From contig NW_019028999.1 of NCBI RefSeq assembly GCF_002105155.1, positions 124,001 through 188,000 on the forward strand: DNA of 64,000 bases, written 5' to 3'. Shown here one piece after another: positions 50,028-63,665 of this stretch. Position numbers and translations under genes: made by a program. This DNA is from Lobosporangium transversale. Lineage: Eukaryota. A model generated the notes under the pieces. It ran no database searches. It saw only the letters and a program-made list of their open reading frames with translations, and was not told where the DNA came from. The number at the start of each line of letters is the position of its first letter. Position 1 is the stretch's first letter.

Positions 50028-51737
50028 ATGGCTCCCCAGAAAGTCTACGTTATCGGTGTCGGCATGACCAAGTTCATCAAGCCCAGAGATCTGAGAGACT
50101 ATCCCGGTATTTTAAATTCCTGGAGTAACACATCAAGCCTAAATTAATGATTGACTGCTTTACAACTAACACTTCAATCGCTATACTTACATTGAATGTG
50201 TTTAGATATGGGTCGTGAGGCTGCTACCAAGGCCCTGTTAGATGCTGGAATCACCTATGACAAAGTCCAGCAGGTAAAATTAAAGGGAGAATTTATTCGG
50301 CTCGCCAATATGTTTATCCTCCACATTTTTGGGACACAACAAATGTTAAAAATTTTATTTTATTTTATTTTTTTGTTTTTAGGCTGCAGTTGGTTACTGC
50401 TATGGTGACAGCACCTGTGGTCAACGTACCTTGTACCAGCTCGGAATGCACCAGGTAAAGCAAGATATACTCCTATGGGGCAACAGGGCGGAGCCGAGAC
50501 ACTTTAATGGACAGAATCGCTTGAAGTGATCTCTTTTCGTCATGAACGAACAAACAAGCAAAAACTGACCCGACTCCTCCTCTTTTTTAACCTGTGCCGA
50601 ACCCCCCCCCCCCCCCCGTTTATGTTATAGATCCCCATCATCAATGTCAACAACAACTGCTCGACCGGGTCAACTGCTCTCTTCCTTGCCCGCCAAGCAG
50701 TTGAGTATGGTATTGCAGACTGCACCATGGCTCTAGGTTTCGAGAAGATGGAGGCTGGTTCACTCGGATCTAAATTTGAGGATCGTACCAACCCTCTGGA
50801 CAAGACTGTGGAGATGATGAGCGAGACCCGTGGTATTGGTGCTGGACCTTTCGCTGCTCAGATCTTTGGCAATGCCGGTATCGAGTACTGCGAAAAATAC
50901 GGAGCCACTCCCCAGCACTTGGCAAAGATTGCAGAAAAGAATCATCGCCACTCTGCCTTGAACCCATACTCTCAGTTCCGTGACATTTACACATTGGAGC
51001 AAGTTGAAAAATCCCCCAAAGTCTTTGGTCCTCTGACCAAACTCCAGTGCTGCCCTACCTCCGATGGCTCCGCCTGTGTGATCTTGGCTTCTGAAAAGTT
51101 TGTCAAGGAGCACAACTTGCAGGACCAGGCTGTTGAGATGGTCGCTCAGACCATGGCCACAGATTCTCCCAAGCTCTTCAATCAGTCCTCGATTGAGTTG
51201 GCTGGTGCGGACATGACCCGTCGCGCTGCTAATGAGGTCTATGCCAAGGCTGGAATCAAGCCCACAGATGTGCAGGTCGTTGAGTTGCACGACTGTTTCT
51301 CAGCCAACGAGCTGATCACCTATGACGCTCTCGGACTCTGCAAGCCTGGTGAGGCCCACAAGTTGATCGATTCGAACGATGTCTCGTACGGCGGCAAGTA
51401 CGTCGTCAACCCTTCAGGTGGATTGATCTCCAAGGGTCATCCTTTGGGCGCCACTGGTTTGGCTCAGTGCTCAGAGTTGGTCTGGCAGCTCCGCGGCTGG
51501 TGCGAAGAGCGTCAGGTCCCCAACTGCAAATACGCTCTTCAACATAACGTCGGTCTCGGCGGAGCAGTTGTCGTCACGCTTTATAAGAAGGCTGACTTGG
51601 GTTCCTCTCCAAAGTATGTCGACTCCCGCAAGCGCGTTGGCTACAACCCTGCTACCGAGGCTCGTGAAGTTTCTGAGGAGGAGGTCGCATCCGTCCGTGC
51701 AAAGCAAAGCTCTGAGTTCATGGCTGCTCGTCTTTAA
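50028..51737 (+). CDS. SCPx-type peroxisomal thiolase (non-specific lipid-transfer protein, thiolase part)
   Basis: [19 protein letters not shown] (catalytic Cys), [27 protein letters not shown] and a C-terminal PTS1-like ARL. Confidence 0.94.
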
Positions 51738-51948
51738 ATAAAGAAAAAAAATATGTATGAAAAAAAAAAAAAAAAAAAAATATTACATTGTTCTGTAGCC
51801 ATAAATAAATAAATTATTTTCCTCATAACTGTATGTATATATTGTCCATGTAATAATGAGGAACCAGAATTGAATTCACATTAATTTTATTACACTATTA
51901 ATCTATTTTAATCTATTGTACAAAATGCCATTTGTTGTGCTCAAGTTT

Positions 51949-54190
51949 TTATAGGCTTTCTTGAGTTGTTGTAGTTGATATAGTTGTAGTCGAAGAAGAA
52001 GAAGAATGAGGAGGATAAGGGTCAGTCAAATCCTCCAAAGATTTTAATCCGCTCGATTCTTGAAACAAGATCGAATCACGGACAACGTTCTGGAGTTGTT
52101 CTACATCGTACCAACACGTTGTGGTGTAATCTACACCCGTGATCTGGCTCAACTCTTGTGATGCCACGGATTTGGATCGATACCAACCTGAACGACGGTT
52201 GCCACGCGTTGGAAAGATGGGACGCGAATGTTGAGCTGAGAACGGAAGGACAGTCAATAATGATGACGTATAGGGGATACTGAGATCATTGGAAATGGAC
52301 TTCTTGAGCTCCGCACTCTTTCCATCGTCATTCGTTGAAGCAACTGTCGTTGTGCTGTTGATCTCTACGGAAGAACTGTTCGAAAGATGTGGAATCGAGG
52401 ATGAAGACGAAGGTACAGAGGCACTATTGCTGCTACCGATGTTATTACTGCCGTTACTGCTGCTACCTTGGGACTTACGTGATGATGGGGGTACACCCAT
52501 TGGATATTGATCAAAGACTAACACTTGGCTGGTGCTATTTTGATGGCAAACATCTTTGCCATTACTTGATTTTGAATGCACAGGGAGGGCCAACGCCATG
52601 TCGTCGTGTTGACCTTGGCTCGGCTTTGATGTTGAGGCTGGGGTTACATTCACTTGTTTTTGTCGAGTTTGTTGCTCACTGTCGAAGAGATCATCCATTA
52701 TAGACAAATCTGTACTGGAGCTAAGAAGCAAGCCAGCTGTGTTGCCATCATGGTTGCCCTCCTGTGATGGCTTCGCAGACGAAGTAGCCATGGAAGTCGA
52801 AATGGATGTGGAGGGGTAGAATGAAAAGCCAGTTTCTTGAGTAGAGGCAGTGAAGGGGCTGGTCCCGGCAACGCCACCATCCTGACAGACATCTTTTTCC
52901 AACTGGCGAAGGTCAAACCATGCAGGCCAGGTCGTTGCGGCGGCTGCAGCTTGGACCGCCGCTGCATCTGTACTATTCATCATCATCAAGTTCTCCAGGC
53001 TAAGAAGAGCATTGTCGGTGGCAAAAGCCATCTCAGAGGCTGAAGAAGCTTCGTTAGAGCTAACATTGGGATGCGAACCTTGCCCGTCCACGTCACCGTT
53101 GCACTCTGAAAGCACTCTAATGAAGTCTGTGGCGCCAATAGATTCTAAGGGAGAGACCGCACTGTTCCCGTTACTGCCATGGATGGCGGTCATATGAATA
53201 TGAGCGATAGATGGCGCAGAAATAGAGGAAGACATGAGGGAGTAAGGTTTGGTAGAGCTCAAAGAAGTGTCGGACACAGAGGTGGTCATGGTCTGACTCA
53301 AACGCAGAGTCGACGCAGATGTAGACCTATTCATAGACTGATGGTGCTTGGAATAGTGTACTGCATATTCAGCCTCGTCCATGTGTACCATTTTCTCTGC
53401 GATCTTATGCCGTGGATCTGTCGTACTACTGGGGGTGGCATTATTTCCGATCCCACCTAAGCCCCCAACTTGGGTCAAGATGGCCTCCGTGACCATTGGA
53501 TTGTCTTCCTTGAACGCGCTGGTCGTCTTGTATGGGTGTGTCCGCTGCGCATTCTTCTTCTTCTTGGCAGGGTTACTTAGACTGGAGGTTGAGGCAACAC
53601 TAGGTCGGCGGCTGTTAAGAACAGCAGAGGAAGAGGTCATACTGATGGTTGGCGCAGAAGCGCGGCGGTGGAGTCTATTGTTGTTATTACCGCTGTTACC
53701 ATTAGTATTGCTATTGATAGCCTGCTGGAATAAAGGCGTTGAGGCCGAAGATGTCAAGGCTGAGTAGCTATTGCATAGAGATAGTGCCGTGCCAGCTCCA
53801 GAGCTGCTCACGTTGTTACTGTTGTCAAGGGGGAGTAGATACTTGAAGGGTGGCTGGATAGATTGGGTTGTGATGGCAGAAGGACTTCCGCTCATCAGCC
53901 GTTGCGTCTCTTCTTCAGATCCTGGGGCAAGGTCCAAGAACGGGATCGTATGTGCATATATGGCCTGCAATAAGTTCAAATAGACTGGATCCTGATTCAT
54001 ACTGCAGGTCGTTTCGGGGCAAATAGGGAGAATCTGCACAAAGTTGCCATAGTAGTCGCGACCAATAATTTCTAGGCCTGGTACAACGGTTGGTGAGGCA
54101 AGATACTCATATAAAGGATCTGAATTACCACACGGTGCGGGGCCATGGTAATAGAGTCGGTTTATTGGACTCTTTTGCTGCTGTTGTTGC

Positions 54191-54222
<32 letters not shown>

Positions 54223-54223
54223 C

Positions 54224-54298
<75 letters not shown>

Positions 54299-55475
54299 GG
54301 TGACTGTTGTCGCTGCTGTTGCTGTTGCAAGGATAACTTGCTTACAGCGGCATTGAAAGCCTCAACACTAGTGCAATGGTGTGACGGAAAGAGCATTTGG
54401 AAAGCCATCTGCTGAGTGTGATCCGAAAGTGAAGACCAAGGCATCTCCGCAGACATGTATGACGGAGGTGGTTGTCTTGTGGCTGGAACACTACCCACAC
54501 GGCGCTTTGCTTTTGATTTTGATCCCCTCTTGGAGGTTTGAGGTCCCTGTTGCTGCTGTGTTGCTAGTGCTTTTAATTGACTTGATGACGTTGACGCTGG
54601 AATTCCTTCCGCTTTGGAACCTGATCGTTGCTGTTGCTGCTGTGAGAGACTGTTTGAAACTTGTGGGTGAGATTGCTGCTTCTGATCCACCATGGGTTGC
54701 TGAGGTTGCTGAAGGCACTGGATAGTGGTATTTTTAGTGGTACCTATCATGGATAGTGAGCTAGGTGTTGGAGGCATCCCCAGTATGCTGCCTGAATTCC
54801 AGGTACCTATTGCTGTTTCTGCATTTGCAATTGGCATTTGGTCAAAAGAATGAGCTTCACTGGGCGAATTGGTGTTTATAGGAGCTTGTGTGAGGAATGG
54901 TGGTATAGCGGTCGGTAATTGCGTAGTGTAATCCATGTAAAGACCAAGATCACCATTATCCGTACTACGGAGTGCTGCCTCCGAAGTGGGTGTAGGAAGA
55001 TATGTTGAAGACATAGCCGCGGTATCGTCGGTAGCACCGGTAGTTCCGTTACCCATGGCTATATTTTGAGCTGCGTCATGGGCTGAGTCAGGATTAGTTC
55101 TGCCGCTAGAGATATTATTGATATTATTTGAAACAGAGTGGCGGCGATGGGCATTGGAGCGACTTAATTGTCTCTTCTGCGGTGCATGAGGCTTTGGAGA
55201 AGATCCTGCGTCCAGATGAGTCGAATTGGTGATATTCATTCTACTGATGTCTCCTAGATTGTGGTCGTTCATGGAATAGAGTTCATGCGTTGTAACAGAT
55301 CTGACTAAGCCAGTGTTGTGAGGTGTAGATAACGTGGTATTCCCCAAGAGTGATCTACTAGACTGAAAACTGCCAACGGATTCATCTTCAATCCCTGCAG
55401 ATCGTACAGGGCTCGGATGTGTGATGAGTGGGAACTGATTTTGTGTGGCAGAAGAGTGGTGTTGTTGCTGTTGTT

Positions 55476-55534
<59 letters not shown>

Positions 55535-55929
55535 AATTGTTGCTGTTGAAGCTGTGTCTGAGGAGAAGAGATGGGGGTGTTGACCATTGTGTTTTTACGT
55601 TCCGCATTGGTGGCGGGGTTATTACTGAATGGAAGTGAAAGATCAGTCGAGATAAACAGATCCTTACGCTGAAGTCTCTCTACAAAGCTCAGGCTGTCAA
55701 CCTTAATGGAGGGTGAAAAGCCTTCAATCCCATTCATGTTTTTGTTATCGGGCTTTTTTGGTGAGATTTGGACGTGGGACATCGTAAAGTCCATAGAGGT
55801 CATTACTTCATCTTTATCCATAGTGGAAACATAGCTTTCTGCAACATCGCTCAAGTCGCTACTACTGTAATACTGTTGCGACTGTTCAGATGATCCGTTT
55901 GCAGCCTTGTTGTGATGAGATGAAAGCAT
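51949..55929 (-). CDS. Large low-complexity Gln/Ser/Asn-rich protein of unknown function
   Basis: Uninterrupted 1326-aa ORF with two polyQ tracts and an NLS-like PAKKKK. No domain recognised. Confidence 0.8.
54175..54328 (-). repeat. Coding CAG/CAA polyglutamine tract
   Basis: Run of more than 40 Gln codons. A second tract is at about 55460-55547. Confidence 0.95.
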
Positions 55930-56042
55930 TCTACCACCGGTATGACCGTTGAACGCGCTCGGATGGTACTGACGATACTATTTATTGCGATCGTCAATGT
56001 CTCTGATTAATCAAAGTTGATTGTTTTTATTTGATTGGCAGA

Positions 56043-56082
<40 letters not shown>

Positions 56083-57171
56083 GAAGGCAGCGTTAGACCA
56101 AGAGAACTATGGGGCGGATAAATAAAAAACAAGAGTTCTCATTTCTCCGTATTTGAAGGATTACAACAATTACCAATTTTCTGTAAAAGAAGGGAGTTGA
56201 TGACAGAGCAGGAGGTGCCAAATGAGGCCTGTGCGTGAATCGTGAATCGAAAAAGGAGGACTTTAGGGTTCTATCAAATCAAGTGCTGTAGAAAGCTGGA
56301 AAGAGTAATGTGAATGCAAAAGATGAAAGAAGGAGAGAGGAGAGGATGACAATCCTTCAAAACCAACACCAAACAGGACACACTTTACGAGAAAAGGCAA
56401 AGATATCTCGTCTCTAGCAGTCTCTAGTAGTCTCTTTTAGTCTTTTCTTTGACCTTCTTGTTGTCTTTCCTCATCCTTTCTTCCCCCAGAGTTGAGATGT
56501 GGTACGTCGTCATAACGATGCTAAAGAACGGGCAAACGAGTTCTTATAATCATTTTAGGAAAGACATTGGGAGCAGATATTTGATCTATCAATACACGTT
56601 GGAATCATGAATAGGTGACAGATGGGTATCTCGAATCTCAATCTTTTGGTCTTTCGGAAAGTTTTCGCGTGAGCGGATCTTAGGTCAACTAGAAAGTGAG
56701 ATATAAACACATAAAGAGAGGAAACATTGGTTAAGGTGTTATAAGTCGCTGAAAATTATATATATATATATATATATATGTACTTATAAAAGGGATATGC
56801 AAGGTGCATTGCCTTGCCGTTAGAAGGCAGTACTCATTACAGATACTAGTGATTGGATAGTCACCCCATTCAGTCGATTCAGTCGTCAAAGATCATTCTA
56901 ATCCGCCCTCTCCAAGGCTTTCTTTGAGTACCGCCTACATGAGAGAACACATTTATTTGTTCGTCAGTATAACAGACGATACAACTACCCGTAACGATCC
57001 TAGCTCATTATGACCTGTCTCAGAGAATGTCCAGCTGATCACGATCGTTAATATCTTTATTTATTGACTGTCCTCCAGAAATAGGATGGTTCCCGTATCC
57101 ACTATCATTTTCACTTCATCAACCCCAGTGGCGGCTACTCTGTAGTACAGAACAAACCTAAGGTTATATTG

Positions 57172-57205
<34 letters not shown>

Positions 57206-57645
57206 TTCAATGGTTATTGCTTTGCGTTGTTTTAGGAGAAATAAAGTTCCCTAAAGGTGCGAGTAAGAGGCTATTAAATACTTAAGAAGGTTTCGAGTTT
57301 TTTTTTTTTTTTTGTAAACAGAAACGGGACTTTCCATGTCCCATGAGAAAGTTGAGAACCATGATAGTAACTCAGTTTGCTTGGTGAGAAATGAGCATGG
57401 TCTGTAAACGGAAATCTCTGAAGTTGAAGCTGAGGTTAGAGGGGTAGGGTAGGGATATATATATATATACCCCTCCCATATTGCTGATATTTTAAGACCT
57501 GGATATAGTGATACTCATCTATATTCATTGTTACTCTTGTAAATCGATAGTGGTCAGGAACTGAGGTCAGTTTAGTTTGGAATGCGTGAGTAGACGGTGT
57601 AGTACTTTTTGAAAATGGGAATAGCAGTTCAATATTTTTTTTTTT

Positions 57646-57676
<31 letters not shown>

Positions 57677-58835
57677 CGTTGACTGTGTGGAGACAAAGTG
57701 GAGCAGATCCACTTGTCAAATATTTTCGACATTGGCAAATGAAGATTGTTTTAAATCACGGATTGGTTACACACAGCACGGTGCACGCGGGAAGTCTACA
57801 CAGAAGAGGCACATCAACTTCCCCCCTCCCAACCCTACTCATTCATAATGTATAAATGTCCATGATGGGAAAAGCGCCAGGAAAAGAGACAGATTGCAAA
57901 TCAACTGAAGTACAAAAATAAAAATAAAATAAAAATAAAAATAAAAATAATGGCAATATGTATGTGTCTACCAACTGTCAGGTACCCAACCAACTTTTCC
58001 CATTCTCATTATCTTACATTCCCTCTTTTTAAAGCTAGCAATGGAGACTTCACAGACGGCATTTTCATCAATGCCAAAACCAAAGTAACCAATCAACCAA
58101 TGCAGCTCACTAACCGTTTCTCTAAAGCCCATACCACCATTTCAATATTTTCACACCTCCTAGACTCCAGCCATGCTTCATTGCAAATATTCATAAAAGT
58201 CGCAACTCCTATTGATTGGCTCTACCAAAGTACATCCGTGATGCAATGATACAGATTACAGAAAGTGCATGTACCACTAGTTATTTTTTCCGCCACGTCT
58301 CAATCTTTAGCTTACTCACCAAGAACGAAGCATGTACATGTATACACATATTTACATGGGATATTACGACATTAGCTTTTTTAAAAAAAAAAAAAAAAAA
58401 AAAGAGAAAGGGTCCTCTGCTAGTCCGAGTCCAAATAATTCAGGAGACCATACAGGTCAGACTGGGGAACTGGATATTGTTCCGCCTCTCATTCCTTCCT
58501 TCCTTCCTTACCCCCATCTTTGCCCCACATTAGCGAGAGACTATGCGACTGAAAGAAAGTACAAATCAGCATCCATCTCTCTTTCAGACTCCATACAAAT
58601 ACAAACGAATAAAAAAGAAAACACATATAAAATAGTCAAACATTATTTTAATAGTCCTTTTAATGCATTGGTACAAGTCTAACATGATGATGATGATGAT
58701 GAAAACGAGATATGGATGGTGTGTGAGGGTATAACATATAAATAAGATGATAGCTATTTACAACATAAAATGAAGAGTGATATACATATATACAAATGTA
58801 AAGATGAGGATGGGGTCTGTTTAGACTCCATTGAA

Positions 58836-61253
58836 TTACTGCACCACTAAAGGCTGAAACTCGTAGCGAGATTTGGGTACGAGCATAAATGCAATCTTCT
58901 TGCAAGGGTCCTGCAAGTCAGACTCAAGGGGATACAAGGTTGAGTCCTCTTGGTCCTGTCCTTCTTGCTCTTCTTGCTCATGTTCTTGGACCGAGTACAA
59001 GTCTTCCTGGGCCTCCAATGCCAAGGGTGAAAGGCATTGGGGAGGTGAGGGAAGAGGCGTAGACGTTGACATGGGCACGGTCGACGGTTTGCGGCGCAGA
59101 TCCTTGCGGCCCAATGACAACATGGCGATGATCTCCTTGCGCATTGCCTCGTGTTCTTCTGCATTCATGACTGCTGATTCTGCTAATGTTGCACTTTCAC
59201 TGGCATTGAAAAGGCCATTCAAGCTACCTCTTGAATTAGGCTCTACTGAGGGAGAGGGTAAGACTGTCAAAAAGTCTAATCCACGACCGTTGGCCAATCT
59301 CAGCGAGTTTTTCTTGTGAAATGGAAGCGTTTCTGCATGTTTGGCCGAGCTTCCTCCAGATACCATGGATGCGGAACCTTGGGGGCGAGTGGTCTTGGAT
59401 CGAAACAATCCCACAGATCTATGCACCGGAACTGGCTCAGTTGCTGGCAATGGGGTTGAGGACACTGATGGCGCCTCTTGCTGCTGACTTTGTTGTCGCA
59501 ACATTTCGCTTGTTTCAGGTCCGAGCTGCAGAGGTTTGAAATCACACATGTGTGATGACGATGATGCGGAGGTAGAGGCAGAAATGGAGCTTCCACTTGC
59601 ACGAGAGCCAAGCGAGCGTCTTCCTTGAGGATAATCGACGATGGGATCACTTCTTATACCAGCAAAAGAGATGGGTCGTCCATTGTTATTGCTTCCATTG
59701 CTAGTAAAACGAGCTGAGCAGCGCCTTGCAAGCGAACGCAATGGTGGCGTCAAATGCTCTTTTAGCGTTTTTTTCCGAGTCAATGATGGAGCAACTGAAG
59801 TGTAAGCTGGAGTAGGAGTAGTCTCTTCTACCGTCGAACCAGTACGAGAGGCTGTACGAATGCTGTTCTCGGCGCAAGCTCCAGCATGTGGTGCCATGTT
59901 GGCGTCATTGCTTTCAATGCTCACGATCGATGATGTTGCTGTTGTGCTTGATGAACAGCGGCTAGCTGGACGCTTCTTTGTTAGGCTCATTCGCTTGGCT
60001 GCTGACAGTGTATTGGAGCGGCAAAGGCCTAGAATACGAGAGGTCTCCTTTGATAACAATGGAGGTGATGCCAGTCGATTCAAGGAGCCAGCTCTTACAA
60101 CATAATCCTGGCTAGAGTATCTTTGACGCGAAGATGAGGACGTGGGCAGCACATGGTCCTCCGGGCTACCTTTCTCCTGTAGCATTTTCAGCGCCAACTC
60201 TTCTTCCTCTTGTTGGAGACGTTGGTAATAGTTATGTCGCTCCCAAGCAAGCTCATCCGCCGACTTCATGGAAGGCCCATATACAAACGAAGCTGGCTCA
60301 ACAGCTGGAGGTGCCGACACCAGCTGAAAACGCTGGTCGATGTATGGGAAGTGGTGGAGGCGATATTGATGCATCTGGAAGACTGGATCAGTAACATGGT
60401 AGTATTCTCCGTGATTTGAAGAAAAATGAGACTGGAACGTAGCCGTGGATGTGTTTGGGTTCGTCATTGAAAGAGCACGACGATGACGCGGGAAATGTAG
60501 AAGAGAAGGATCGTCATGGTTCTGGAGAGAGTATTGTCCACCCGTTGGCTTGGTGGCGTTGACCGTGCGATTGTTTTGAGAGAAAAAGATTTCTCTGCTC
60601 TCAACCGCATCCCACGGAAGTTGCTCGGAGACATTACCATTTCGGTAATAACCTTGATGTCCTAGCCAAGTTGAGACATAATTCTCCTTGGATGCTTCCA
60701 CAGGGAAGAACTGGTGTTCTTGAGTGTGGATCAAACGGTTGGAGGTGTGATGGTGCTCTGATAGTCGGTGTTGCGAAAGCTGGGAGGAAAGGATTGGATG
60801 ACGTTGGCGAAGTTGATGTTTATGATGAGCGCTCAAGGATCGACGGTGAGACTGACGGTTTTGTTTTTTGAGGCAATGCCGTCTATTTTGCAGTAGGCTT
60901 AACAGAATGACTGTGAGGGCAATTGAGAGCAGTGTTGCAACCGAACTTGTCTGTCTGTGTCGACGACGTTGCGCGATTTTGTCCTCTCTAGACTGAGCTC
61001 TATGGGTTGAAGGATCATAAGCTGCGGAGCAAGAAGAAGATGTAGAGGGTGTACGAGTTGGCGTGATTGGCATCAATGATTTGCCTGGGAGTATGGAAGT
61101 CTCTTTGGCTATGTACATTGACGTTGGTGAGGGCGGGGGGGAAGGCAAAATCGTGACATGATGAGAATCGACTACGAGGCGTTCGAGGCTTGCGGTTGGG
61201 CCACCACAGTCATCACCGATCATTTCCCTTTTTTTGATGGGAATTGAATTCAT
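58836..61253 (-). CDS. Ser/His/Arg-rich low-complexity protein of unknown function
   Basis: Uninterrupted 805-aa ORF with one hydrophobic stretch near the N-terminus and a compact C-terminal motif DPCKKIAFMLVPKSRYEFQPL. The start codon is uncertain. Confidence 0.78.
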   Translation of the reverse strand: MNSIPIKKREMIGDDCGGPTASLERLVVDSHHVTILPSPPPSPTSMYIAKETSILPGKSLMPITPTRTPSTSSSCSAAYDPSTHRAQSREDKIAQRRRHRQTSSVATLLSIALTVILLSLLQNRRHCLKKQNRQSHRRSLSAHHKHQLRQRHPILSSQLSQHRLSEHHHTSNRLIHTQEHQFFPVEASKENYVSTWLGHQGYYRNGNVSEQLPWDAVESREIFFSQNNRTVNATKPTGGQYSLQNHDDPSLLHFPRHRRALSMTNPNTSTATFQSHFSSNHGEYYHVTDPVFQMHQYRLHHFPYIDQRFQLVSAPPAVEPASFVYGPSMKSADELAWERHNYYQRLQQEEEELALKMLQEKGSPEDHVLPTSSSSRQRYSSQDYVVRAGSLNRLASPPLLSKETSRILGLCRSNTLSAAKRMSLTKKRPASRCSSSTTATSSIVSIESNDANMAPHAGACAENSIRTASRTGSTVEETTPTPAYTSVAPSLTRKKTLKEHLTPPLRSLARRCSARFTSNGSNNNGRPISFAGIRSDPIVDYPQGRRSLGSRASGSSISASTSASSSSHMCDFKPLQLGPETSEMLRQQSQQQEAPSVSSTPLPATEPVPVHRSVGLFRSKTTRPQGSASMVSGGSSAKHAETLPFHKKNSLRLANGRGLDFLTVLPSPSVEPNSRGSLNGLFNASESATLAESAVMNAEEHEAMRKEIIAMLSLGRKDLRRKPSTVPMSTSTPLPSPPQCLSPLALEAQEDLYSVQEHEQEEQEGQDQEDSTLYPLESDLQDPCKKIAFMLVPKSRYEFQPLVVQ

Positions 61254-63665
61254 GTTTCGATATGAACCATTGACGTTTGAGCACGTGGAGGATATGGACG
61301 ATGCTCTGGTCGATGCAGAGGATGCAATGGAAGAAGCTGAGGATAGGGAATATTGCGTCGTGTTGGAGGATGATGATGTTGTCGAGACATTTCTGGAAAG
61401 TGTTTTTGACTGAGTAGGATGAATTACAATGGGTGATGTTGATATTAAGGAAGAGTAATCATGATGAGAATGAAATTTAATGAAAGGTTGATAGTAATAC
61501 AGTTACATGTCCATGATGTACGGGTTCAGATAATAATGCAAGTGTTGTTTATGCACAGAAATAGGACAGAGCGGGAAAAAGAGCGGGCAGGGGCACGGGT
61601 GCAGGCGAAGCATCCACGTCCGATAACGTAAAAGGCGCGCAACAGGGGAGACAGGGCATTGGAGGAAAAGATGAATAGTGGTGAAACAACATCGGTTTGC
61701 GAGCAAATAAAAAAGAAGAAAAGAAAAGGGGAAGAGAATGGACGATTGGTTTGTTAGTTATTTTTGTTTCGTAACCAGGGCATCATTCACGCTTCTTAAT
61801 CTTGGAATCAACGACCCACAAACAAGATCTGCATTAAAACCCACTAAACCAACAAAAAATAAAAAAGACGAATTGGCATCTGTACCTCAGCTGAATTTGC
61901 ATAATATCGCGACTGGAAGCGTTCTTGCGCTTGGAGGACAAGTTCTTGTACAACCTGTCGAGGATGCTTTGATCGAGCTAGTCGGGAAGAATCTGACAAT
62001 ACTAACGAAAAAAAGAGGCTGTAGCGAGCCACAATAGGACCAAGAACGTTGGACATGGCGCTCTATTTTTCTTTTTTTTTTCCTTTTTTACGTGTATGTG
62101 TATGTAGGTAGGATGGGGTTCTGGTTACGCCTTTCCTTATGCTGATCCAATAATGAGGGTTCTTATGCAGGGCTGTGTGTGAATTGCGTGATGTTCACAC
62201 ACAGAACTTTGGGGTTTCAATGTCCTGTCAAGCAGAGAACTGGGAAAGAAAAGGAAAAAGGGAAAAGACAGGGAGATATTGTAGGGAAGCGTAAAGAAGG
62301 AAAAAAAAAGGGGGGGGGGGGGGATAAATGATTCTTTTTCTCAACGTTCTCAAACGGAAAGTGATCGGTGTGGACGAGAGAAAGAAAGAGAATGTTGTGA
62401 TAGTAGATGTGATGATGGTGTTGTTAGTAAAGCAACAGGATCTTAGATGGAAGAAAGGGCTGTGAGGGTGTGTGTAACAGAGAGGATCAAACCAAAGTTT
62501 AAACGAAAAGAGAGATAACACGGTCAAACAAACAGAAAAAGTTAAAGGAGGAAATAAGGACAGAAAGAAAGAATAAATATTGTAATGAAGTGAGGCAGAT
62601 CGAGAAGGAGAAGCCGATAGATAGCAAGAATTATTTATTGCACATGAAAGAAGAGAGAGCAAAAAAAAGGAGGAAAAAAAAAAAAAAAAAGCGAAAAGCG
62701 GGAGAGAAGGGACTTTTTATAGACAAGCCCATGGAAGATGCAAAGGCAACTTCCTGCGATTAAAAAATGTTTTACACACATGTGCATTTTACAGCATACA
62801 GCATATGGCCTACAAATAAAAAAAATAAAAATGACGGAGTTCTTGGTTTAAAATATGACGATATACACTGCAATGGACCATCAAAAAGTGTTAAAAGTGA
62901 AAGACTACAGAGCATCCAATACACACACTCCAACAACAATGTTGTAAACGAACAACAGGATCTAGGCCATCCCATCACTCTGGCACGCTTTTGTTCTCAA
63001 TAATGGATGATGGGCAATAAGAATTTCTTCGCCCCAAATGATGGCGAAGTTGAAGTTGGAAGGAGTTTCTTTTTTTTTTTACATATTTTTCTTTAACCTT
63101 GTTCCTCCCCCAACTTCAATATATTTTATAATACCATTTAAATGGATGGGGGAGGATCACTGTTCACAATGGGTTCCTCATAACGCGCTTCTTTTAGTCG
63201 GAATATACACTAGTGCTTAGCATATCAGTGAAACAGACAAAAGAAGTGTCTTTTTCTGAGATTGCCGCCCATAATGTCTGTCAATAGGGCGGATATTCCA
63301 CGGTACTATGACTGGGAGAACCACTTACCAGTTTTACAGCAGTGGATTAGGCATGACAAAAGCAACATAAGCAAAAGAACCTGCTTTATGCTGAAAATCA
63401 ATCGCCGAGGAATAAAAAAAAAAAAAAAACAATGAGAATGGGTCATCTCTTCTCCTTCGGTAATAAACCTGATGTACGATAAAAGGCCACTAACCACTTC
63501 CGCTGAGATAACAGGAGAGAGAAAACAGCTGCAATATGCCGTGAATATCTTCCCAGAACAGGAAAGGTGACACGACAGGACATTTATTTGTTGTTTATTT
63601 TGCTGTTTCGCCTGTTGTCTTCTTCGATCAGAAGTATTTTTATTTTCAAGGCTCCGCAGCAAAAA

